Shown: positions 26,357 through 39,900 of the stretch, piece after piece
Layout: each line of letters begins with the position of its first letter
How positions within the stretch are numbered: the stretch's first letter is position 1
Assembly (NCBI RefSeq): GCF_009914755.1
Contig: NC_060947.1
Source of the DNA: the human T2T-CHM13v2.0 reference genome, Homo sapiens
DNA: 64,000 bases
Direction: 5' to 3' (one strand)
Made by a program: the position numbers and the translations under genes
The notes under the pieces: generated by a model
Told to the model about the DNA's origin: nothing
Seen by the model: only the letters and a program-made list of their open reading frames with translations
Databases searched by the model: none

Positions 26357-29300
26357 GATAGAACTACCATATGATCCAGGAATTCCTTCTCTGGGTGTAC
26401 AGGCATACATTGAGAATAATGCAGGTTCAATTTCAGACTACCACAATAAATTGGATATTGCAATAAGGTGGGTCACACAAATGTTTTGGTTTGCCAGTGC
26501 ATATAAAACTTATGCTTACACTAAAATGTATTCTATTAAGTGTTCAATAGCATTGTATATGAAAAAATGTACATACCTTAATTAACAATAATTTGTGGCT
26601 AAAAAAGCCAACAATAGTCTGAGCCTTCTGTGAGTCATCTTTTTGCTAGTGGAGAGTCTTGCCTCTATGTTGATGACTGCTTACTGATTAGGGTGGTGGT
26701 TGCTGATATTGGGTGGCTGTGGCAATTTCTTAAAATAAGACAATAGGGAAGCATGCCACATTGTTTGACTCTTTCATGAAAGGTTCCTCTGTAGTATGAG
26801 ATGCTATCTGATAGTATTTTACCCACAGCATTACATCTTTCAAAATTGGAGTAAATCTTCCCAAAATCTGCTGCCTTACCAACTATGTTTATGGAATCTT
26901 CTAAATTATTTGCTGTCATTTCAATAATTTCACAGCATTTTTGCCAGGAGTAAATTCCATCTCAAAAAAATAGCTCACCTCTTTTTCTCATCCATTAAAA
27001 GCGACCCATTCATTTGTTAAATTTATGTCATGAGATTGTGGCAATTTTGTCACATCTTCAGGCTCCACTTCTAATTCTGATTATCTTGTTAACTTCACCA
27101 CATGTTCAAATACTTCCTCCACTGATATCTTGAATCCTCAAAGTCATCCACGAGGACTGGAATCAACTTCTTCAAAACTCCTGTTAAGTTGATATTTTGA
27201 TCACTTCTCATAAACCATAAATGTTCTTAATGGAATCTATAATGGTAAATCCTTTTCAGAAGGTTTTCAAATTACTTTGCCCAGATCCATTCAAAGAAGC
27301 ACTATCATTGGCAGCTATGGCCTTACAAAACAAATTTCTTAAGCAATATTGTTTGAAATTGCTTAATCCATGAGCTGCAGAATGGATGTTGTGTTAGCAG
27401 TTATGAAAATAATATTAATCTCCTTGTATATCTCCATCAGAGCTCTCCGGTGATGAGGTGCATTGTCAATGAGCACTAATATTTTGAAATAAATTTTTTG
27501 TTCTGAGCAGTAGGTCTCAAGAGTGGGCTTCAAATATATAGTAAACCATGCTGTATACAGATGAGCTGTCATCCAGACTTTATTGTTCCATTAATAGAGT
27601 ACAGGAAGAGTAGATTGAGAATAATTCTTAAGGGCACTGTGATTTTCCAAATGATGAATTAACATTGGCTTCAAATTAATGTCCCCAGCTACATTAGCCC
27701 CTAGCAAGCTTGTTAGCCTCTCCTTTGACTCTTTGAAGCTAGGCATTGACTTCTCTTATCTAGCTGTGAAAGTCTTACATGGTATCATCTTCCAAAATAA
27801 TGTTGTTTTGTCTCCACTGAAAATCTGTTGTTTAGTGTAGTCACCTTCATCAATGATCCTAGCTCTTCTGGATAACTTGCTGCAGCTTCTCTATCATCTC
27901 TTGCTGTTTCACCTTGCACTTTTATGTTATGGAGACAGCTTCTTTCCTTAAGCCTCTGCTAGCTTCCAGCTTTTCTTCTGCAGCTTCTTCACCTCTCTTA
28001 TCCTTCATACAATTGAAGAGTGTTAGGACCTTGCTCTAATTAGCCTTTGGCTGAAGGGAATGTTGTGACTTGACCTTCTATCCAGACCATTAAAACTATC
28101 TCTATATCAGCAATAAAACTGTTTCACATTCTTATTATTCATGCGTTCATTGGAGTAGCACTTTTAGTTTTCTTTAATAACTTTTTCCCTACATTCACAT
28201 CTTGGCTAATTATTTGGCACAGGAGGCCTAACTTTCAGCCTGTCTTGGTTTTGGACATGACTTCCTTACTAAACTTAATCGTTTCTAGCGTTTGATTTCA
28301 AGTGTGACTCTTCCTTTCACTTGAACACTTACAGGCCATTGTAGGGTTATTAATTGGCCTAATTTCAATAGTGTTGTGTCTCAGGGAATAGGAAGGCCTG
28401 AGGAGAGGGAGAGAAATGAGGGAGCAACCAGTTGGTGGAGCACTCACAACACACACAACATTTATTAAGTTTGCCATCTTATCTGGGTGTGGTTCGTGGC
28501 CCTCCAGAATAATGTTAATAGTAACATCAAAGACCACTGACCATAGATCATCATGACAGATATAATAATGAGGAAAAAGCTGGAAATATTGAGAGAATTA
28601 CAAAAATGTGACACAGAGACATGAAGTGAGCACATACTGTTGGAAAAAATGGTGCCAACAGACTTGCTTGACACAGGGTTGTCACAAACCTTCAATTTGT
28701 AAAAAAAAAATGCAATTATCTGCAAAGTACAATAAATTGAAGTGTGATAAAATGAGGTAGGCCTATGTACTTAAGGTAAAATCATTACTCTGTACTTCTA
28801 TGTTCATTGCAGCATTGTTCACAATAGCCAAGATATGACAACAACTTAAGTGTCCATTGATGGATGAATGAATAAAGAAAATGTGGTAAATATATGCAAT
28901 GAAATATTATTCAGCTGTAAAAATAGGAGATTCTACCATTATCCACAACATGGATGGACAAAATGGATGTTATGCTAAGTGAAATAAGCCAGACACAGAA
29001 TGAAAAATATTGTATTATCTCACTTGTACGTATAATATTTTTAAAAAATAAAGGTCAAATATACGGAGATAGAGAATAAAACAGTGATTACCAGGGATCG
29101 GGTGGGGAGCAAGAGGAAATGTATTTCAAAGGATACAAAGTAGTAGATCTATAGAATGAACAGGTTTAAAGATCTAATGTACAACATGAGGACTATAGTT
29201 AAAATTTCATTGTATTAGGGATTTCTGTTAAATAAGCACATTTTCATCACCTTTCTCACAGGAAAAATAACTGTGTGAGATAACAGACATATTAATTTGC

Positions 29301-29390
29301 TCCACTATAGTAACAACTTCACTATCTTTATGTATCCCATAACATCTTGTAAATCTCAAATATACAAAATACAATTTATTTTTCAAAAAA
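26357..29390 (+). mobile_element. L1MA4A/5A-like 3' fragment split by Tigger1
   Basis: atagaactaccatatgatccag...ctgggtgta |Tigger1| ...atgttcattgcagcattgttcacaatagccaag...gtatcccataacatc. Confidence 0.8.
26400..28765 (-). mobile_element. Near full-length Tigger1 (pogo/Tc1-mariner DNA transposon) with pseudogenised transposase
   Basis: TA|caggcatac left end and gaggtaggccta right end; about 2.37 kb; ORF 27363..27572 [10 protein letters not shown]...[12 protein letters not shown]...[11 protein letters not shown] matches the Tigger1/TIGD1 DDD catalytic region. Confidence 0.93.
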
Positions 29391-29429
29391 TCATCCTTCT
29401 GCCAGTATCTTGTTCTGGACTGAAGATAA

Positions 29430-29650
29430 AGTAAGCCTCTGAACCTCAGCTTCCACATCTGTAAAATGAGGACAATAGTAACTATCTCAGTGGAGTTCTC
29501 AGGATAAATTGAGATAATATATTAGGTTGAACTATATGCTGTTTATGCAGATCAACAATGGTCAAATATGGCAATTTAATGTCTTCAATCTAATATATAA
29601 AGAACAGTGTCTAGCATCTGCATAAAGTCAATAAAGAGTGATTATTATGA
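29430..29650 (+). mobile_element. MIR interrupted by MADE2
   Basis: cctctgaacctcagcttccacatctgtaaaatgaggacaatagta...aaattgagataat. Confidence 0.8.
29522..29593. mobile_element. MADE2 (mariner-derived MITE)
   Basis: ttaggttgaactatatg...ggcaatttaatgtcttcaatctaa; imperfect terminal inverted repeats flanked by TA. Confidence 0.75.
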
Positions 29651-31021
29651 TATTTTTTAAAAAATGACAGGGAGTATTAAAGAATGTTGGTCTGTAAAGT
29701 ACATGCATGAAACGCACCTAATTTTTAAAAAGTTCCTAACCGCCCTAGAGTATAAGAAATGTTCCTCATCTCATGTGAGAATCATTGTTAAAATTTGACA
29801 TGCACATTGGCATTACATGAAATATTTGAATGATTAAGTTTTGTGGGAATTGGGAGATTACTGTATTTCAGCGTTTTCTTTCAGACCTCCTAACCTTCTT
29901 ATCAAGTGGGATTGTATAGTTTCCCATAGGTAGTTATTAACAGCTACGATGAAATTCTTTGATACCCCTTTGATATTCCAATTTGGACTAACAGAGGACA
30001 AGGTCAGAAGCTCCATCAAGAGTATAAATGCACAGCCTATTGAGTAGACTTGAGGAGTCTTTTTGGTTCACCCTTCATAGGTATGAAGGTGTTTCCACAG
30101 TTATGGGTTTTGTTACTTTGTTACTTAGAAGTTTATCTTTACATAAGAAATGCACAGACCATAATGTCAACTTTTCACTAATTCTTTCTATAACTACATT
30201 TTTATCAGCTACCATATCTGTAAGTTATTGTGCCTTTTCTGCATTTTATCATCACTGAGTAAATGAGTTCTGCTCCTGAATCTAACTTAATTAAATGTTG
30301 ATCAAATAAATATTTTTATCCATGGAATACAAGTAAAACCTATTAATTTGGGAGAGAGCTAAAAATGTTTCTACCATATCTAGCATTTCTATGAAATCAT
30401 TCAGAACTTCCGGAGTGTTAGATAGTACTTCATCTTGTAAGACATATTTAATAAGAAATCGACATTATGGATAAATTGTTAATAGGAAGAGCACGTACCA
30501 TGAAACTGGAACAAAATCTCAAATACACATAAGCTAAGACCATGGGATAAAAAGATTATTTGTAGCTGCTCTTCTGTCTCTCTGTCAAAAAAATAAACAA
30601 ACCAAAACCCCTTCACTGCCATTGTATGGAAAAAACACATTAATTCAGTACACACTTATTCAAAACGATGCAGAACGAAAATAATCTTCCTCAACAAACT
30701 ATATGTAATGTAAATCTAAACCTGGTCAATACAAAGTCAAATTAATAAGACTGCCCTCCTTGTGAATATGCTTCTTTTTTTGGGTTTCCTTTATTAAAGA
30801 TAGTTCAGTGCTCTCCGGGTAATGTGTTTATTTGGCACAGTGCTGAATTAGCCATTATACTGGAGGAATCATGGTGAATTCGAGAGCCATGGAAAATTAC
30901 TTCACAAACTATTCTATTACTTTATTCCGAATAGCTTTAAGCTGTAAAATTTGGTTTTAAAGCACTCTTAGGCCGCAAATAAGCTATTAGGTGTCCTCAG
31001 AACCCTGTTAAACCTTCTGCC

Positions 31022-31190
31022 CAATGTTTCTCAACCTTGGGCACACATTAGAACCAACTGGGAAAATTTTTAAAGCCCTATGTCTAGACCACACCCCACA
31101 CCAATTACTCAGAATCTTTAGGGTTGGGCCTGGAAATCATATTTTTAAAGCTCCCTGTGTAATGTTAATATGAAACAAGGTTGAGAATCA
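31022..31190. mobile_element. MER5A1/MER5B-like hAT MITE
   Basis: caatgtttctcaaccttgg...caaggttgagaatca inverted termini; internal ccacacccc...tcagaatct. Confidence 0.8.
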
Positions 31191-32317
31191 GAAATCTAGC
31201 CCCATTAATCAGTATAACAACATATGTGGCTCATAAACTGGTTCTGAAACAAATTTTTGAGCTATTTTTTGACAAAGACAACACTTGGAGAATTTTCTGG
31301 AATCCCAAGTTGACAAACTTTAAAGACCAATGTTTATTAGCATGTGCATTTTTAATGAAATTGGTCACATTACTTTTATTCCTTTCTCATACATAAAGTA
31401 AGGGTTTTCAAACACTTCATTACAAGAGGGGTAAAGCTTGTGAAAGGATAAAGACATTTGGAATCCAGAAGTTTGATGAAAACAAATGGGACACATAACA
31501 AGAATTCCTGGAATTGACATTCAGAAATACTCTATTGTCTTTACTATATTTCCATTTAGTTTCTTAAGTTAGAATACCCATGGTATTAAAAAGGCTGATT
31601 TCTAAAATATGCTATTAATTTAGGTAGCGAATGCTGGTCGTCACAGAGAGAAAAGTATTTTGCAAATAAGTGACTCAATTTTTATCTGCTCCAACAATGA
31701 TATTCTATTTCTCATTCAAAAACTGATAACATCTCTCAGCATAAAAAAAGAATGATACCATGTCAACAACTGCAGAAGCCAGATCTTACACTCTAGAGAG
31801 AATCAATTCAGAAAATAAAGGAGTATGTTACATTCTTTTACATAAAGGAATCCATTTATTTATTCCTCACAATTCGGAGAAAAACACCAGAGGTCACAGT
31901 AGGCTAAATTTTTCTTATGTAAAGAGGAAGCAGGTTTAAATTTTCAAACTGAAATTTAATAATTTCTTTCTCACGTGTTAAAAATATGATAGCCAACTCT
32001 GAAGCAACAAAGAAAACTGATAAACATAGAAGAGATTAAAGCATCAAAAGACCTGTTGAACAAAATGAACTTTCCTATTTCTGCCAACCCAAAGGAGCCA
32101 CAATTCCAAAGAAAAATATTCAGACATTCATCCTAACAACATAAATAAACTGTAATGTTATTTTCCACATGTATTTTTGTATTAAAATTTTACCTTATGC
32201 CGGTTTCAATGCTACTTGAGTCTCTGGATAATGTCAAACTAGGTAATAAATTATACATATTTGCCTTTAGTGGAAATCACCCTTTCCCAAACAAACTTGG
32301 ACTTACAAACTTTCTGT

Positions 32318-32412
32318 ATGTATACATATGTAACAAACCTGCACGTTGTGCACATGTACCCTAAAACTTAAAGTATAATAATAATAATAATAAAGAAAAT
32401 ATTTTAAAAAAA
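32318..32412 (+). mobile_element. Very short young L1PA 3' terminus with (AAT)n/A tail
   Basis: atgtatacatatgtaacaaacctgcacgttgtgcacatgtaccctaaaacttaaagtataataat closely matches the L1PA2-6 end. Confidence 0.9.
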
Positions 32413-32466
32413 AGTTTAATCAAGTATACCAAAGTATAATCAAGTTCCTGTGACAGCTTAAAGAAA

Positions 32467-32610
32467 TAGCTCCTAACCTGAGGGTCATAGATGAGGTTCT
32501 AGGGATCATCACATAAAATTGTAATGAAATATTTTTCTAGGACAGAGGTCTATAGGTTTCATAAGATTTTTTAAGGAATCTGTGAACCTAATAAGATGAA
32601 AAATACTGAT
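32467..32610. mobile_element. MER103-like hAT-Charlie relic
   Basis: cctaacctgagggtcat...tttcataagattttttaaggaatctgtgaacc...aagatgaaaaatactg. Confidence 0.55.
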
Positions 32611-34231
32611 CTATAGTACCCCACCTAGAGTATTCAGTGGTCAAAGCAAAATCTGCTCAGGTCAGATTTAAGTACCAGAAACATCAAGATTTACTCTATG
32701 AGTTAAGAGACAGGAGTCAACAACCAGTTTAGGTAGAGAAGACTTCAGTTCTGGTATTTAGGCTTGCCCTATTTCTGGGTGGAGAAACTATTAGGACTTT
32801 ATCTGCTGCAGGTCCAAAGGTAGGGACTTCAGGAAAGTATGTAGATAAAAAATTGGAGAGGCCTAGATACCATGAGCATAACAAGGCAGTAGTAATGACT
32901 AAATAAGTATTTTCTCAAATTTCACTTAAAAGAAAAATCTGTTATTCATATTTGCAGTTTGTAGCTCTTCCCTTGGATCAATTTCAGATCTGTTTCAAGC
33001 AAAAACATTTCAAAAAAATCAATCCAAAGTTATGATAGTCCTTTTTAATGCATAAACTTATCTGTATTGCCACTAATCATTTATTAAATGTTCACCTTGT
33101 TCTAAGTATTCTAGAAAACTAATGTAGACATGGTCCTGCAAGTGATCTCTGGTTGCTAATGGAAAGGTAGATTGATTTCATTGTTTAAGTGATTATTAAG
33201 TGCCCAGGTAATACAGTTATAAGCATTTTAGAAATTCATGAAATATTGATAAATAACTTTGCACATTATGGTTATGATAATTAAGCTGAAAAAAAGCATT
33301 TGATTTCCTTTTAGCTTGTTTGATATGTACCTGAGGAAGGTGCTCTGCATTCTACTTCAATATGCAATTTTCAACTCATGCATGTTAAAGAGATTTTGGA
33401 TCTGGATATTTAATACATATACTGCCAAATAAGCATAACCTATTCTGATTTTACACACCAAATTCCTTTATCTTTTCTAGCCATATTTTATCAGATTTTT
33501 GCTTTATTTTTCCCAAAAGCTAAAGATCATCTTAGGCATATACTCAAAAAATATATACCCCATATACCTATCCCTGGGATTAAAAGATTGCTCTCAGGAA
33601 TGATACTAACTGCGACTTCAGAGTCAATACTGACTTGGGATTTTAGATGAGAATACCTTATTACAAATAAAAAAAGAATGTTTTCCACATCATATTAAAA
33701 TATAAGTCACATTACCAAGTTGGTGCATTTAAAACATGAAAATAATGTAATGAAATGTATCTCTCTAGAGCAATGGATGGAAAGCAAAATAAATCTGGAA
33801 TCAGAAACATGTTACTACATCTTGAGCCTTTACCTTGCGTTTGAAAAGTTTAATTCTTTTGACTTTTGTAACTGAGCAAGAATTTGAACAAATCAACCAA
33901 GCCCCATGGCTGTGAAATCGGCCACCATTCATGGCTCATTTATTCCATAGGTTTGACGGCAGGATATGATACTTTATTTAGGTCTTTTCTTTGAACAGTA
34001 GTCCATTTCTTGCTAGTATCCTTAAAGAAATCAAGAACCACTTAGGCTGTATCTCTCTTACAACCTTCTTTCATAAACCTGAAGAGGATAAGAAATTTGC
34101 TCCTTAGACTTCGTGCAGCCTGGCAAAGCAATTCCATTTGAAGCTATTCCGTTTGAAAGTTTCCTTTCCTTCACTATGCTATTTTGAAATATTTAATAAA
34201 TCTGAACATTCTTCTGAAATGTATTAACATT

Positions 34232-34428
34232 CTTCTGGCCATATGATCTTGCAAAAATTATTTAACTTTATTGACCTCAGTTTCTTCATCTTTAAAATGG
34301 GTAAGCTAATGCCTACACCTTAAAAGGTAATAAGTATTAAAGGAGGTTAAGGCATGTAAAGGTGCTTCTCCAACTGCCTATCACATAATAAGCACTCAAT
34401 ATATTGGAACTATTAATAATTTACTATT
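34232..34428 (+). mobile_element. MIR
   Basis: atgatcttgcaaaaattatttaac...cctcagtttcttcatctttaaaatggg...cacataataagcactcaata. Confidence 0.8.
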
Positions 34429-34606
34429 AATTAATAAAAATGAGCAATAGAATTATAAAAGCATGCCAAGATATGTTCAAATATAATGAGTAATTTTTTA
34501 GATATGATTTAAAGATTTATTGGCATTAGAAGAATTGGAAAAAATGAGAATAATCTGGCAACTTTCAATATTAAAATTCCTCATTTTTTACCCATATTGT
34601 TCATTT

Positions 34607-34632
34607 TTAAGGTAAATTTAAATTTACCTTAA
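34607..34632. repeat. Perfect 26-bp palindrome ttaaggtaaatttaaatttaccttaa
   Basis: Sequence equals its own reverse complement, with no spacer. Confidence 0.95.
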
Positions 34633-34716
34633 GTTTAAAATTTTAAATAGTAGTAAAATAATCAGAGAAGAGAGCAGTATATATACTCAATTGCCAAATA
34701 AATTTTAGGAATTTAG

Positions 34717-35221
<505 letters not shown>

Positions 35222-35267
35222 TGAGTTTCCTTTCAAAGGAACACGCCCAGTTGGAACTCCTCAATTT

Positions 35268-35360
35268 CCTCTGTTCATGTATTCATGTATTTGTCAAATA
35301 ACTATCTTTTATAAAGTCCCTACTCTGTACCAGGCAGACATTGTACTAAATCTTTAGAAC
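35268..35360 (-). mobile_element. L2 3' end
   Basis: ttcatgtattcatgtattt...cctactctgtaccaggcagacattgtacta. Confidence 0.5.
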
Positions 35361-35397
35361 ATACTTGTTGATTAACATAACCCATGTAAAGAAACTA

Positions 35398-35545
35398 TGG
35401 AGGAGCAAGGTGGCAGGGTAAGAAGTCCTTGTCCTTGTTCCTCCACAGAAACACCAATAAAACAATGATATTCAGGCCAAAATATCTTCATGAGAAATCC
35501 AGAATCCAGTTAAAAAAATTAAAGAACCCAAGATGAGCAAAAAGC
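35398..35545 (+). mobile_element. Possible old L1M 5'-end fragment
   Basis: ggagcaaggtggcag...cctccacagaaacacc...gaaatccagaatccagtt resembles L1M 5'UTR starts. Confidence 0.4.
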
Positions 35546-36860
35546 AGCTCTCCGTATAATTGAATTAGGTATCACTTCTCAAGATACTACTCTCTTCTCA
35601 CATAAAGAGGCACATTAAGTTTCATCCAATTCACTCATTACTTACTAGATGGAAATAGGCAAGTTATGGAGGGTGGGGGTGGGGAATTTAACCTTTGTGT
35701 TCTTTTCATCTCCTATATAATTTTAGAGGAGCAATACTTTAAGTAGTCTATCCCCTCCCCTGGAGAGCTGTCACTCAACTTCCTCAGGTGCAGGTTGTTG
35801 GGGGGAAGGTCAATGTTCAGGATTATTATTCTAGCTACCTGAGCTGACTTCTTTGAAAATGTAATCAGAATTATTTCATTATTTGGTTTGTTTGTCTGTT
35901 TGTTTAAATAACACCTGTCTGGCAGTTGTCACAACCCACTCAGAGCTTTTTATTTAGAAATAAGGATAAACCACTGCAATTCAGCCAGAATATTTCCAAA
36001 GAGAAACTATTGCTGATAAATGTTGTGCATGTCATAATTATATAAGGTAGCTATGGCCCAGAGCTCCATGTTTTTTAAAAAGGCTGTTTTATGTATCCAG
36101 AGGGACAGTTTTCCAGAGAGCAAGACAGGTATCCAGACAAATAACCCAAATCAATGTAGCCACTTTCCCTTCAAGTAACAAAAGAGAAATTTCTCTGGTG
36201 TTTCAAACATAGCTAAAAGCTGTCACAAATCCAGTTGAGAGGCAGATTTTGCACAAATTGTGTTCACCCAAGAAATCAAACAAAAGCCCACTCCCTCTTC
36301 TTCTAAAAGCAGTTAAGCTGTAAACTGGCATTTGTTCCATTATTCTTAGGTGAAAGACTTTGCATTAACAGCAATATTTTCAGTAAAAGTTATCCCTATC
36401 TAGATTTCTGAAATCCTTAAGTTTGCTGCTTCACATTGCACTTTGAAGGAAATACATCCGCTAACAAGCCTAACAAATGTCACTTTGGAGAACAGTTGCA
36501 GTCTGGTGAAACACAGACTGCTCAGAGGCCCCAGCAGAAAGAGCTCAGACTGGATGTTCAGGTCCCTGAGTATTACCAGCTAAAAATCCATTTTCCCAGT
36601 GGGTGAATGGAGTAGAAATACGCTTATTCTACAAATAGTACTTATAGCCAAGAGTCAGAGAGCCAGTCCAATGTGTTAGAGTCAGGACATTCATTTGACT
36701 CATCACTACAGCAGATGACAGGACAGGCACTTACCATAGCTCATTCTGGCCGGAGAGACTTCTTGAAGCCATGCAGAAGGGAAAATACAAGTGAGGAATA
36801 ATCGCCAGATTCACAAGAATATATTATGGAACATATATCAGTCTTCATACTTTTAACTGT

Positions 36861-36903
36861 ATGGAGCAGAATAGAGAACCCAAAACTAATCTACACACCT
36901 ACA
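36861..36903 (+). mobile_element. Isolated 43-bp internal L1 ORF2 snippet
   Basis: atggagcagaatagagaacccaaaactaatctacacacctaca resembles the reverse complement of 38558-38600. Confidence 0.6.
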
Positions 36904-39900
36904 AATTCAGCAATTTGTCTCACATATTCTTTCACGTTCAGTAATTTGTCTCACCACAAGCCCATCCATTCCAAGCTCCATTTTCAGAGATGAGGAAAGT
37001 TATGTTCTAAAGTTGACCTGCACTTTGTATATAAACGTTATCATAGTCCACAAAACACTGTGAGCTCTTTGAGAGCAGAGATTCAGTTTTTTAATTTTTT
37101 TTTATTTTTAATTTTTGCAGGCACAAATTAGGTTTGTATACTTATGGGGCGGATGAGATGTTTTGTTAAAGGTATGCAATGTGAAATAAGCACATCATGG
37201 AGAATGGGGTATTCTAACCCCTCAAGCATTAATTCTTTGAGTTACAAACAATCCAATTACACTCTATTAGTTATTGTAAAATGTCCAGTTCAATTATTAT
37301 GTACTGTAGTCACCTGGTGTGCTATCAAATACAAGGACTTATTCATTCTAACTGTTTTTTTTTTTTCAGTACTCACTAACCATCCACACCTTCATTAAGC
37401 ACCCTACTACCCTTCCCAGCTTCTGGTAACCATCCTTCACTCTCTATGTCTGAGTTCAATTGCTTTGATTTTTTAGATACTACAAATAAGTGAGAAAGTG
37501 AAGTCAGCCAGTTACAGTCTTTCTGTAACTTCACTTAACATAATTATCTCCAGTTCCATCCATGTTATTACAAATGACAGGATCTCATTTTTTATGGCTG
37601 AATAGTAGTCCATTGTAGATAACTACCACATTTTCTTTATACATTCATCTGTTGATGCACACTTAGGTTGCTGCCAAATCTTAGCTATTGTAAGGATTGC
37701 TGCAACCAATATATAGGGTGCAGATATATCTTCAATATACTGATTTCCTTTATTTGGGGTAAATACCCAGCAGTAGAATTGCCAGATCACGTGGTAGCTC
37801 AATTTTTAGTTTTTTGAGGAATCTTCAAACTGTTTTTCATAGTGGTTGTACTGATGTACATGCCCACCAACAGTGTGCAAAGTTCCCTTTTCACCACATC
37901 CCTGCCAGCATTTGTTACTGCCTGTCTTTTGGATAAAAGCCATTTTAACTGGGGTGAGATGATATCTCATTGTAGTCTTGATTTGCATTTCTCTGATGAT
38001 CAGTGATGCTGAGTACTTTTTCGTATGCCTGTTTTGCATTTCTATGTCTTCTGTAAGAAATGTCTATTCAGATCTTTTGCCCATTTTTTTTGATCAACTT
38101 AGATTTTTCCCTATAGAGTTGTTTGAGCTCCTTATATATTCTGGTGATTAATCTTTTGTCAAATGGATAGTTTGCAAATATTTTCTCCCATTCTGTGGGT
38201 TGTCTCTTCACTTTGTGATTGTATCATTTGCTGTACAGAAGCTTATTAACCTGCTGTGATCCCATTTGTACAATTTCGCCTTAGCTGCCTATGCTTGTGG
38301 TCTATTCCTCAAGAAATTTTTGCCCAGACCAATGTCCTGGAGATTTTTCCCAATGTTTTCTTGTAGTAGTTTCAAGGTTGGATGTCATAGATTTAAGTAT
38401 TTCATTCATTTTGATTTGATTTTTGTATATGGTAGGAGATAGGGGTCTACTTTCATCCTTCTACATATGGATATCCAGTTTTCCCATCACTATTTATTGA
38501 ACAGACTAATGTCCCCAGTGTATGTTCTTGCAACTTCTGTCAAAAATGAGCTCACTGGAGGTGTGTGAATTTGTTTCTGGGTTCTCTATTCTGTTCCATT
38601 TATCTGTGTACCTGTTTTATGCCAATACCATGCTGTTTTGGTTACTATAGCTCCATCTGTAGCATAATTTGAAGTCAGGCAATGTGATTGTTCCAGTTTT
38701 TTCTTTTTTCTTAGGATAGCTTTGGCTATTCTAGGTCTTTTGTGATTCCATATAAATTTTAGGAAAATTTTTTCTATTTCTGTAGAGAATGTCATTTGTA
38801 TTTTGATAGGGATGGCATTGAATCTGTTGATGCTTCGGGTACTATGAACATTTTAACAATATTGATTTTTCCAATCCATGAAAATGAAATATTTCTCCAC
38901 TTTTTGGTGTCCTCTCAAAATTCTTTCATCAGTGTTTTATAGTTCTCCTTATAGAGATTTTTCACTTCTTTTGTTAAGTTAATTCCTAGGTATTTAATTT
39001 TATGTGTGGTTACTGTAAACGGGATTACCTTTTTCTTTCTTTTCACATTGTTCACTGTTGGCATGTAGAAATGCTACTGATTTTTATATGCTGATGCTGT
39101 ATCCTGCAGCTTTACTGAATTTGTTTATCGGTTCTAATACTTTTCCTTTTCAATTTGGATGCCCTTTATTTCTTTCTCTTGTCTGACTGCTCTATTGTGG
39201 ACTGCCAGTACTATGTTGAATATCAGTGGTGTCAGTGGGCATCCTTGTCGTGTTCCAGATCTTAGAGGAAAGGCTTTCAGTTTTTCCACATTCAGTATGA
39301 TACTAGCTGTGGGTCTGTCATATATGGCTTTTATTATGTTGAGGTATGTTCCTTCTATCCTCGGTTTTTTGAGAGTTTTTAGGATGAGGGGATGTTGAAT
39401 TTTATCAAATGCTTTTTTGGCATCAATTGAAGTGATCATATAGGATTTTTCCTTCATTCTGTTGATATGATGTATCACATTGATTTGCATATGTAGAACC
39501 ACCCTTGCATCCCAGGAATAGATCCCACTTGGTCATGATGAATTATCTTTCTAATGTATTGTTCAAATCTGTTTGCTAATATTTTGTTGAGGAATTTTCC
39601 ATCAATATTCATCAGAGATATTGGCCTGTAGTTTTCTTTTTTTGATATGTCTTTGTCTGGTTTTGGTATCAGGGTAATACTGGCCCTATAGAATGAATTT
39701 GGAGTATTTCTTCCTCCTCTATTTTTTGGAACAGTTTGAGTAGGATTTGTATTAGAACGTCCTTAAATGTTTTGTGGAATTCATCAGTGAAGCCATGAGG
39801 TCCTGGGCTTTTCTTTTTTTTTTTCTGGGAGATTTTTATTATGGCTTCCATCTCATTACTTGATATTGGACTGTTCAGGATTTGAATTTCTCTCTGGTTC

